From NCBI GenBank assembly GCA_015233145.1, contig JADFYI010000001.1, positions 79,345 to 143,344 on the forward strand: a stretch of DNA of 64,000 nt, written 5' to 3'. Both the position numbers and the translations under genes were made by a program. Numbering within the stretch: position 1 is the stretch's first letter; each line of letters begins with the position of its first letter. Shown here piece by piece: positions 45,863 to 53,428 of the stretch. The notes below the pieces were generated by a model. The model saw only the letters and a program-made list of their open reading frames with translations. It ran no database searches and was not told where the DNA came from. This DNA is from Candidatus Omnitrophota bacterium. Its GTDB lineage: Bacteria; Omnitrophota; Gorgyraeia; Zapsychrales; Fredricksoniimonadaceae.

Positions 45863-46164
45863 CCTTGAGTCCCTATGTTACAGTACGAGAAGCTGCACAG
45901 ATCCTTGGCATTGCCGAGGGGAAAATCATGTCTCTGGTTGAATCGCATAAGCTTCAGGCCTACAGAATAGCAGACCAATACTTGCGCCTTAAGCGCAAAG
46001 ACATTGAGATGCTCAAAAATTCCGGTGAAATTGTTTCAGAAAACGTTAAGTTTCCTTATACGGCCAGGGAAAGATTCCGTGATCTTTTGGCTTATAACGA
46101 TTTTTATATTGTATCGTTTCTCGTCATTGTTGTCCTGCTTGGGATTATTTTCTTCAGCAACTAA
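45859..46164 (+). CDS. Excisionase-type HTH protein with C-terminal transmembrane anchor
   Basis: ATGA overlap with the upstream gene. VTVREAAQILGIAEGKIMSLVESHKLQAYRIADQYLRLKRKDIEML is HTH_17-like. C-terminal TM FYIVSFLVIVVLLGIIFF. Confidence 0.65.
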   Translation: MTLSPYVTVREAAQILGIAEGKIMSLVESHKLQAYRIADQYLRLKRKDIEMLKNSGEIVSENVKFPYTARERFRDLLAYNDFYIVSFLVIVVLLGIIFFSN

Positions 46165-46181
46165 TCTCTTTTGAAATTCGC

Positions 46182-46210
46182 TTGCCAATTTTAATGCTTT
46201 ATCATAGAAT
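46182..46210 (+). promoter_or_regulatory. Putative promoter for the tRNA gene
   Basis: TTGCCA (46182-46187), 17 nt, TAGAAT (46205-46210), about 50 nt before the tRNA 5' end. Confidence 0.35.
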
Positions 46211-46260
46211 TGTGTCCTATTTTCGGCGGCAAAGTCCGGTTTCATTCCTTAAAAGATTTT

Positions 46261-46334
46261 GCCGAGGTAGCTCAGTTGGCTAGAGCAAGCGGTTCATACC
46301 CGCTAGGTCGAGAGTTCGAATCTCTCCCTCGGCA
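46261..46334 (+). tRNA. tRNA with anticodon CAT (elongator Met or lysidine-modified Ile2; not initiator-like)
   Basis: Manual cloverleaf: acceptor GCCGAGG/CCTCGGC, D arm GCTC-AGTTGGCTA-GAGC, anticodon arm AGCGG-TTCATAC-CCGCT (CAT at 46295-46297), variable loop AGGTC, T arm GAGAG-TTCGAAT-CTCTC, discriminator A. 74 nt, CCA not encoded. A G1-C72 pair and the absence of a GGG/CCC anticodon stem argue against fMet. Confidence 0.9.
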
Positions 46335-46564
46335 TTTTTTATTCCTTCTTCTTATCTTCCTCATTAACGAATAGATGTATCGAGCGCCTCTAGTGCCGTT
46401 GCATCAATTTGTTTATGAATTTCTCCGACACTTTAGTTTCGCGTTGACAACCACTGACATCTTTTTGCATTTTGTGCATTTGTATATTATACTTTTTCTG
46501 CATGTTTCCTATTACACACCTAATGAACAACATAAAGACAAAATTTTTATAATCGGAGAGTTCT

Positions 46565-49243
46565 ATGATTAAGAAAGTTTTTAGTTTATTTCTTCTCGGC
46601 AACTTTTTTCTGTCGTCAGTGTTGCCAAACAGTGCTTATGCTCAGGCATTGACCCTGCCGACGCCAGGAACCATGTTGGCAACCAGCGAAGCCTACGTGC
46701 CCCTCATTTTCAAAGGCTTGCAAGTCCAGCCCAAAAACCCCATGCTTTTCGATTTCATTGTGGACACGGGTGATACTGGCTTAAAAGCAGGCAAAGATGA
46801 TGCCGCCATTCGCACAGAGTCCCAGAAGCTCATTAAGTATTTTTTGGCCTCCCTGACACTCCCTGAACAAGATCAGTGGGTGAATCTATCTCCCTATGAA
46901 CATGACCGCATGATGCCTGTCGAACTTGAAAAGACTGAACTTGGCCGGGATATGCTGGCACAGGATTATGTGTTAAAGCAGGTCACAGCGTCTCTTATTT
47001 ACCCGGAAAAGGATTTGGGCAAACAGTTCTGGTCAAAGGTCTATTCTCAGGTGCAAGAAAAATTTGGCAATGCCGAAATCCCAATGGATACCTTTAATAA
47101 GGTTTGGGTGGTTGCTGATAAGGCTGATGTGTACGTGAATAATAACACTGCTTTTGTCGTTGGAAGTCATCTGAAGGTCATGCTTGAGTCCGACTATTTA
47201 GCCGCTCAAAAGGCTGATACAACGACTGCTACAGGCTCACAGGAATACACCAAGCAGATTGTCCGTGAAATCATTCTTCCTGCGTTAGAGAACGAAGTCA
47301 ACACAGGTAAAAACTTTGCAAATCTCAGGCAGATTTTTCACGCCATGATTCTGGCGACGTGGTACAAAAAGAACCTCAAGGAAGCACTGCTCAATCAGGT
47401 CTATTCAAATAAGGGAAAAACCAATGGCGTTACTCTTGGGGCCACCAATGTTGATCCTCAGGCCATTTATAGCAAATATGTCGAAGCCTACAAGAAGGGT
47501 GCTTTTAACCTCATCAAGGAAGATGTTCTTGCCAATGGTGAAACAGTGCCTCGCAAGTACTTCTCCGGCGGTGAGGCACCGAATCTCGGAGCAGATAAGG
47601 CCATGCGACTTGTAGGAAAAGAAGCCGCTGGCAATTTTTCCATGAAAGACGCTGTGCGAGTTCAGGCAGGTGTCGAAAAAAGCGTGCCTACAGAAGAATC
47701 CCTTGGAACAGTCGCCGTCAAAGATGCGGCTATGAAGTACCCGTCAGTATTAAATAAAGACATGGGATTTGACAAATCTCGCCAGAAAATTATGGATGCA
47801 TTTAACAACGCAATTAATCAGGCTGGCCCCAAGTCAGAAGATAAAAGAGATTGGGATGGCCGAATTCAGGCAATGAACTTTGACGTCACGGACCTTTTGA
47901 ACAAAGAGTTAAACACTTACATTGCTCGGCTTCCTGATTCTGAACAGTTGAACCAGTTCGTTATCGGTCTATTGACCGATCTTTTTAACTTGCATAATCA
48001 AAGGGAAAAAGAGGGTGATGCTGAGGGTGCCCATTTCGTCTACGGCTTTCTTCACACCCTCAGTGCACGTATTGTCGGCGTTTACACAGGCTCCGATGGA
48101 GAAATTAGAGTTTCGGCATGGGTAGGCGAAGGCGGAATAAAAGAAAGGGTTGCTTGGCCTTTGTTTTCTCAGATTATTGCTAGCGACATTATCAAGGATA
48201 AGAGAAAAATTAATACCTACATGGTTTCGAGAGACCAGCTTGCTGAAACCATGGCAAGAGATATTACGGGTCTTGGATTAACTTTAAAGGCAGACGTGGA
48301 CTTTATTCAAGTGTGGTTTACTAATGACTCACAGCCACAGGACATGATTTCTATTAAAGCTTGGGATAAAGGCTTTCCGGAATCAGTAGAGAGTTTAATG
48401 AAGCTGATTAGTTTGACTGAAGATAAAACAGGAAAGAAAGCATCGACGGTTTGGCTTAATTTTTCAACTTCTGGAAGTGGAAAAGCAATGGAAGCCAACA
48501 GAAGTAATACTGTTCGTTTGACTTATAATATCGCTGATGCGGCCATGAAGACTTTTTCCCAAATGTGGACTCTTTTTTCAGTCCAAAGGCAAATTCAAAA
48601 TCGCCACGATGATAAAAATCCGTTAGCTTGGAAAAGTGTTTATGGGAAAGAAAATCATTTTTTTGACACCGTTGAGAATGCTTCAGAAATTGAATTGAAG
48701 AATGCAATACAAAGGCTCATGGGACAGAAGAATTTTGCCTTGCCTTTCTTAGACACAATTGTAAAGGCATCTGACGCTGAAGTGCTGGGTACCTTTATCA
48801 CCGCCATGCAACAGTCCCAACAATTTGCATGGGCTGCTGGCTTTGTTGAAGACATTGCAAATGAAAAAATGAAACAAAAGAGTGCGGTTGAGGCGGTTGC
48901 TGGCAGTAAGTTTGACCCCAAGACATTCGAACCCTATGATGAAATAACAGCAATTCTATGGCGTCTTTTTTCACTATGGCACCAAAAAGAGGCATCTGAA
49001 GACGGCACAAAGGATGCCGCTCAAGCAACACTGCCTCCCGGTGGTATTGACATGAACGCCCAGAAAATGCAGATGAATGAAAAGGGTCAGAAGATTGACA
49101 TAACCTTTGACCCGGCAACGGTTGAGCAGTTCAAGCGGGGCGACTTTACAGGATTAAAGCCTGTGATTTTTAACATAACGCCGATTGCCAATCCCTTGCT
49201 TTTGTTGGGATTAAATCAGGAAGCCGCTGCTCAGAATTCATAA
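46565..49243 (+). CDS. Large exported hypothetical protein (892 aa), no family assignable by eye
   Basis: Signal peptide MIKKVFSLFLLGNFFLSSVLPNSAYA. Long uninterrupted ORF with an SD-like GGAGAG upstream and a strong terminator downstream. Confidence 0.8.
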   Translation: MIKKVFSLFLLGNFFLSSVLPNSAYAQALTLPTPGTMLATSEAYVPLIFKGLQVQPKNPMLFDFIVDTGDTGLKAGKDDAAIRTESQKLIKYFLASLTLPEQDQWVNLSPYEHDRMMPVELEKTELGRDMLAQDYVLKQVTASLIYPEKDLGKQFWSKVYSQVQEKFGNAEIPMDTFNKVWVVADKADVYVNNNTAFVVGSHLKVMLESDYLAAQKADTTTATGSQEYTKQIVREIILPALENEVNTGKNFANLRQIFHAMILATWYKKNLKEALLNQVYSNKGKTNGVTLGATNVDPQAIYSKYVEAYKKGAFNLIKEDVLANGETVPRKYFSGGEAPNLGADKAMRLVGKEAAGNFSMKDAVRVQAGVEKSVPTEESLGTVAVKDAAMKYPSVLNKDMGFDKSRQKIMDAFNNAINQAGPKSEDKRDWDGRIQAMNFDVTDLLNKELNTYIARLPDSEQLNQFVIGLLTDLFNLHNQREKEGDAEGAHFVYGFLHTLSARIVGVYTGSDGEIRVSAWVGEGGIKERVAWPLFSQIIASDIIKDKRKINTYMVSRDQLAETMARDITGLGLTLKADVDFIQVWFTNDSQPQDMISIKAWDKGFPESVESLMKLISLTEDKTGKKASTVWLNFSTSGSGKAMEANRSNTVRLTYNIADAAMKTFSQMWTLFSVQRQIQNRHDDKNPLAWKSVYGKENHFFDTVENASEIELKNAIQRLMGQKNFALPFLDTIVKASDAEVLGTFITAMQQSQQFAWAAGFVEDIANEKMKQKSAVEAVAGSKFDPKTFEPYDEITAILWRLFSLWHQKEASEDGTKDAAQATLPPGGIDMNAQKMQMNEKGQKIDITFDPATVEQFKRGDFTGLKPVIFNITPIANPLLLLGLNQEAAAQNS

Positions 49244-49265
49244 AGAAAAAAGTTGAAGCCAGTGA

Positions 49266-49305
49266 ATGCCCGTTATTCAATGTGTTGAGTAGCGGGCATT
49301 TTTTG
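49266..49305 (+). terminator. Rho-independent terminator after the 892-aa ORF
   Basis: ATGCCCGTTATTCAA-TGTG-TTGAGTAGCGGGCAT, a 15-bp stem with two G-U pairs, followed by TTTTTT. Confidence 0.75.
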
Positions 49306-49528
49306 TTTGGAAGAGAGGAGTGCATTTAGCGGTTATCGCTGTTATATTAAGGGCTTTACAGATTCTAAAGTTCAGGGATAATAGTCGAATTCTTTTAAAA
49401 GTGTCTTACAAGCCACGTTGCTTCCTTAACAAGGAAAGTTTTTTAAGCTTTCCTTTTTTATGACTTTTTTTCAGCTTCTTCAGGTAAAATAAAGCCGTAT
49501 TTTTTAATCCCTTGGGAAGGTCCTTGAT

Positions 49529-50539
49529 ATGAAGAAATTAAGAGTCGGGGTTGTGGGCATGGGGTATTGGGGCCCCAATATTGTCCGTAATTTTAACCTT
49601 CTTGACAATGCCTGTGTCGCCGCTGCCTGTGACCTGGATGAAGCGTCAGCACGTAAGGCCTTAAAAATTTCTAAAGATATTTTGTTGGAAACAGATTACC
49701 GGAAAATTACTGATGCTCTTGATATTGATATTGTTTGTGTTGTGACTCCGCTGGCCAGCCATTATGAAATTGCCAAACGCGCGCTCGAGCAGGGCAAGCA
49801 TGTTTTTGTCGAGAAACCGTTTACCGCCACATCTCGCGAGGCCGAAGAACTGATCACGCTGGCTCAGAAAAAAAGCCTTTTGATCATGGTTGACCACACC
49901 ATGCTTTTTACCGGTGCGGTGCGTAAAATGAAAGACATTGTCAAAAGCGGTATTTTGGGCAAGCTTTTATATTATGATTCCATGCGCGTTAACCTCGGGC
50001 TTTTTCAGCGTGATGTGAATGTGATATGGGATTTGGCTCCGCATGATTTTTCCATAGCAGATTATCTTTTGGATGTTTCTCCGGTTTCTGTTTCAGCTCA
50101 TGGGATCGGGCATTTTAATGGGGCTATTGAGGATGTGGCCTATGTCGTCCTTTATTTTAATGATAATATTATCGCCCACTGCAACTTTAACTGGGTGTCT
50201 CCCATTAAAGTCAGGCATGTCCTTCTCGCCGGAGAGAATAAAAGCATTTTATGGGATGATTTGGAACCGGATGAAAAAGTGAAAATTTATGACAGGGGTG
50301 TTGAGGTCACGGGCCGCGAGGATATCTACAAGCTTTTGGTGCAGTACCGTTTTGGTGATATGCTGGTGCCCAAGCTCGATAATAAAGAAGCTCTGGCTTT
50401 TGAGGCGGAATATTTTATCAACAGCATTTTAAATAATACGCCTGTTATTAATGATGGAGGCGCGGGCTTAAGGATTGTCAGGCTGCTGGAAGCGTGCGAC
50501 CTTTCTTTAAAGAAACATGGCGAGCTCGTTAAAGTCTGA
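49529..50539 (+). CDS. Gfo/Idh/MocA family NAD(P)-dependent oxidoreductase
   Basis: 336 aa. Rossmann N-terminus LRVGVVGMGYWGPN, and EKPFT, typical of this family. Confidence 0.8.
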   Translation: MKKLRVGVVGMGYWGPNIVRNFNLLDNACVAAACDLDEASARKALKISKDILLETDYRKITDALDIDIVCVVTPLASHYEIAKRALEQGKHVFVEKPFTATSREAEELITLAQKKSLLIMVDHTMLFTGAVRKMKDIVKSGILGKLLYYDSMRVNLGLFQRDVNVIWDLAPHDFSIADYLLDVSPVSVSAHGIGHFNGAIEDVAYVVLYFNDNIIAHCNFNWVSPIKVRHVLLAGENKSILWDDLEPDEKVKIYDRGVEVTGREDIYKLLVQYRFGDMLVPKLDNKEALAFEAEYFINSILNNTPVINDGGAGLRIVRLLEACDLSLKKHGELVKV

Positions 50540-50571
50540 GTTGAAATACCCTAAAAACGCAGGAATGTTTG

Positions 50572-51102
50572 ATGAGAAAACTTTTTTTTATGATTGCGCT
50601 GTTGACAGGAGCTTACGCTTCTTTGGCGCATGCCCAACTAAATCCTCTTCTTGAGTCAACATCCAGGTATCAGAATGTCCGGGTTGAAAGGGTCATTTCT
50701 GCGGATACGATTTTGATCAATGGCAATGAAAAGGTGATGTTAATAGGGATAAAAGCACCCAATCCTCCCAAGAAAGAATACGCCCAGCGCGATAGCCATG
50801 GCTTTATTGTCGAGGATGCGCCAACCCCGGAAACTCCGGTTGAGGTCGCATCGTATCGCTTCGCCGCTGACCTTTTGGAAGGGAAAACCGTGTCTTTGCA
50901 GTTTGATTCCCAGCGGCGCAATGAAGACAATGTTTTAGAGGCATACGTCTTTTTGCCGGATAAGAGAATGGCTAATATTGAAATATTGCGCAATGGTTTT
51001 GCTGATTTGAAGATACGCCCTCCGAACATGCTTTATGTTGATAAATTTCGTTCCGCCTATCAGGAAGCGCGCCGGGAAATGCGCGGCGTCATCGGTCAAT
51101 AA
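50572..51102 (+). CDS. Secreted staphylococcal-nuclease-like (SNase/thermonuclease) domain protein
   Basis: Signal peptide MRKLFFMIALLTGAYASLAHA. VERVISADTILINGNEKVMLIGIKAP...EAYVFLPDKRMANIEILRNGFA resembles the SNase OB-fold. Confidence 0.55.
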   Translation: MRKLFFMIALLTGAYASLAHAQLNPLLESTSRYQNVRVERVISADTILINGNEKVMLIGIKAPNPPKKEYAQRDSHGFIVEDAPTPETPVEVASYRFAADLLEGKTVSLQFDSQRRNEDNVLEAYVFLPDKRMANIEILRNGFADLKIRPPNMLYVDKFRSAYQEARREMRGVIGQ

Positions 51103-51128
51103 AAACAGTTCGTAAATATTTTATACAT

Positions 51129-52133
51129 ATGGATTTTATCCCTCAGATTCACCAGTCAATTGTCCGGCAGAAACTTGTTGCGAAAAGTTGCAGGCTTGTT
51201 GTTGCCGTATCCGGCGGCATGGATTCCATGGCCCTTCTTTATGCCCTTTATTCTTTAAAGCATGAACTGGGCGTTGAATTAATTGTGGCTCATTATGACC
51301 ACAAGCTTCGCCGTTCGTCGGGCCTGGACCGTCGTTTTGTGCAGGAAATTTCTTGTTTTTTGGGTTTGCGTTGTGTTGTCGGGATCAATTTAACAAAGCC
51401 GCCCAAAACCGGCTCAATCGAAGAATACGCCCGTAAAAAACGTTATGCGTTCTTGATCAAAACAGCCCGGGATTCAAAAGCCGATTTTGTTGCGCTGGCG
51501 CATCATGAAGATGATCTTGCGGAAACCGTGCTCTTAAGGGTCTTGCGTGGAACAGGCCTCAGGGGATTGCGAAGCATGGCTCCTAAAAGCCTCATGGAGG
51601 GCGTCACTTTGATCAGGCCGTTTTTGGACATCTCCAGGCAAGACATCGAGCGTTTTGTAAAAGGCCGAAAGATCCCTTTTGTTATGGATTCCACGAATTT
51701 CGACACATCGTTTGACCGTAACAAGCTGCGCCTTAAGGTTATTCCGTTTATTGAAAAAGAATTCTTCAGGTCTTGCCAATCGGCCCTGGCCGGGCTCGCG
51801 CGAAGTTCCATTGTTGATTATTCTTTTCTTGAGTCTGAGGCGGAAAAAGCGTTTTTGCGCGTGGCCTCAGAGAGAAAAAAGAGCGTTTCCATTAACCTTA
51901 AGGATTTCTTTTCTTTGCATCAGGCCATTCAGAGGATGGTTTTAAGGCGGGCCTTTGAAAAAGTGCGCGGGAACCTGCGCGCCCTTGGGTTAAAGAATAT
52001 GGCAGAAGTGGAGGATTTTTTGGCCCAGCCGTCAAGCACTGGCAGGCTGGAGCTTCCTCAAGGACTCGTCGTTATCAAAAAAGGCCGCGGTGTTGTCGTT
52101 AGGGTTAACAAATCTTTTAAATTACAGGCTTGA
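51129..52133 (+). CDS. tilS: tRNA(Ile)-lysidine synthase
   Basis: 334 aa. PP-loop VAVSGGMDSMAL, and HHEDDLAETVLLRVLRGTG. Confidence 0.88.
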   Translation: MDFIPQIHQSIVRQKLVAKSCRLVVAVSGGMDSMALLYALYSLKHELGVELIVAHYDHKLRRSSGLDRRFVQEISCFLGLRCVVGINLTKPPKTGSIEEYARKKRYAFLIKTARDSKADFVALAHHEDDLAETVLLRVLRGTGLRGLRSMAPKSLMEGVTLIRPFLDISRQDIERFVKGRKIPFVMDSTNFDTSFDRNKLRLKVIPFIEKEFFRSCQSALAGLARSSIVDYSFLESEAEKAFLRVASERKKSVSINLKDFFSLHQAIQRMVLRRAFEKVRGNLRALGLKNMAEVEDFLAQPSSTGRLELPQGLVVIKKGRGVVVRVNKSFKLQA

Positions 52134-52177
52134 GAAATTGTCTTTGTGCAGATAAAATGGGGTCATAAAAATTGAGG

Positions 52178-53398
52178 ATGACCGTGCTGCAGCGTAGAAT
52201 AATTCTAATATTTGTAATACTTTTAATTAAGACTGCTGTTGGTTGGGCGCAAATTCCCACTGATGGCCTGTATAAAGAGTATTATGAAGATGGAAAGTTA
52301 AAAGCCGAAAAGACGTATGCCGGCGCGCAACTTAACGGCCCTTTTCGTGAACACTATCAGGATGGCAAGCTTCTCAGTGTCGGGACTTATAAAGATGGCA
52401 AACTGGAAGGGGCTTATAAATCATATTACCCCAACGGCAATGTTTTTCTTGAGAAGCATTATGTCAACGGGGCCCAGCATGGAGTCAATAAAGAATATTT
52501 TGAGAATGGGAACCCCAAGAGCATTGAGAGTTATAAATTTGATGCGCTGGACGGTTTATGCAAATATTTTTATGAAGATGGAGCGCTTAAGTATTCCCTT
52601 GAATTTGCTTCAGGCGAATTAAACGGCGAGAGCCGTGAATATAATGAGCTCGGCATCCTGACGAGTTCGGTCTTTTATAAAAATAACGAAATGAACGGCG
52701 AGGCCCGTGAATACACGGATACGGGCAATCTTCATGCGATCTGGAATTACAAGGCCAACCAGAAGGACGGTATTTCCAGGGTTTTTTATGATAATGGCAA
52801 GGAGGAGTGGATCCTTAATTTTATTGACGGAGAAATTAACGGGGAGGGAAGGCATTTTTCAAGAAACGGGGTTCTTCTTCTTGACGCAGAATATAAAAAC
52901 AACCAGTATCACGGGCTTGTCAAAGAATTTTACGACTCCGGAAAACAAAAAAGCGAATGTGCCTATAAGGAAAGCATTAAAAACGGCGCGTGTAAAGAAT
53001 TCCACCCCAATGGCAGGCTTTGGATTGAATGGTCTTATGACAAAGGAGAGAAGCAGGGATTGGCCAAAGAGTATAAAGAGAGCGGGGATTTATGGATGGA
53101 AGTCACTTATGAGCGGGGGAAGCAAAATGGGGTTATGCATGAATACTATCCTAATGGTAAGATAAAAAAAGAATCCCAGGTTGTTAACGGCGTCCAGGAG
53201 GGAGAAAGCAAATCTTTTTATGAAAGCGGCGAGCGCATGAGCGATGAGACCTATTTTAACGGGAAGCTTCAGGGGGAAATTCACCTGTATAATAAAGACG
53301 GGAATATCGCTTATATTGACACTTACGATCAGGGTAATAAGATCAAGCGTAAAGGTTTTGATGCCCGTGGAAAAATGGATTTTGAGCAAAATTACTAA
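52178..53398 (+). CDS. MORN-variant / YwqK-type repeat protein with N-terminal signal/anchor
   Basis: About 15 consecutive ~23-aa repeats of the form G.(K/R)EYYxNGKLKxExxYxNGKLxG. N-terminal hydrophobic IILIFVILLIKTAVGWA. Confidence 0.7.
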   Translation: MTVLQRRIILIFVILLIKTAVGWAQIPTDGLYKEYYEDGKLKAEKTYAGAQLNGPFREHYQDGKLLSVGTYKDGKLEGAYKSYYPNGNVFLEKHYVNGAQHGVNKEYFENGNPKSIESYKFDALDGLCKYFYEDGALKYSLEFASGELNGESREYNELGILTSSVFYKNNEMNGEAREYTDTGNLHAIWNYKANQKDGISRVFYDNGKEEWILNFIDGEINGEGRHFSRNGVLLLDAEYKNNQYHGLVKEFYDSGKQKSECAYKESIKNGACKEFHPNGRLWIEWSYDKGEKQGLAKEYKESGDLWMEVTYERGKQNGVMHEYYPNGKIKKESQVVNGVQEGESKSFYESGERMSDETYFNGKLQGEIHLYNKDGNIAYIDTYDQGNKIKRKGFDARGKMDFEQNY

Positions 53399-53428
53399 AG
53401 AGACGACAATAAGAAAGTAGAGTTGACG

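Noticed and set aside
45281-49305. Integrated mobile element at the tRNA (two excisionase-type HTH genes upstream, cargo gene downstream)
   Set aside because: There is no integrase, recombinase or transposase. I could not find a direct repeat of the tRNA 3' end downstream; the best look-alike, AGTCGAATTCT near 49383, is too weak. The HTH genes lie upstream of the tRNA rather than within a tRNA-bounded island. I kept only the weaker statement that the 892-aa gene is accessory-like.
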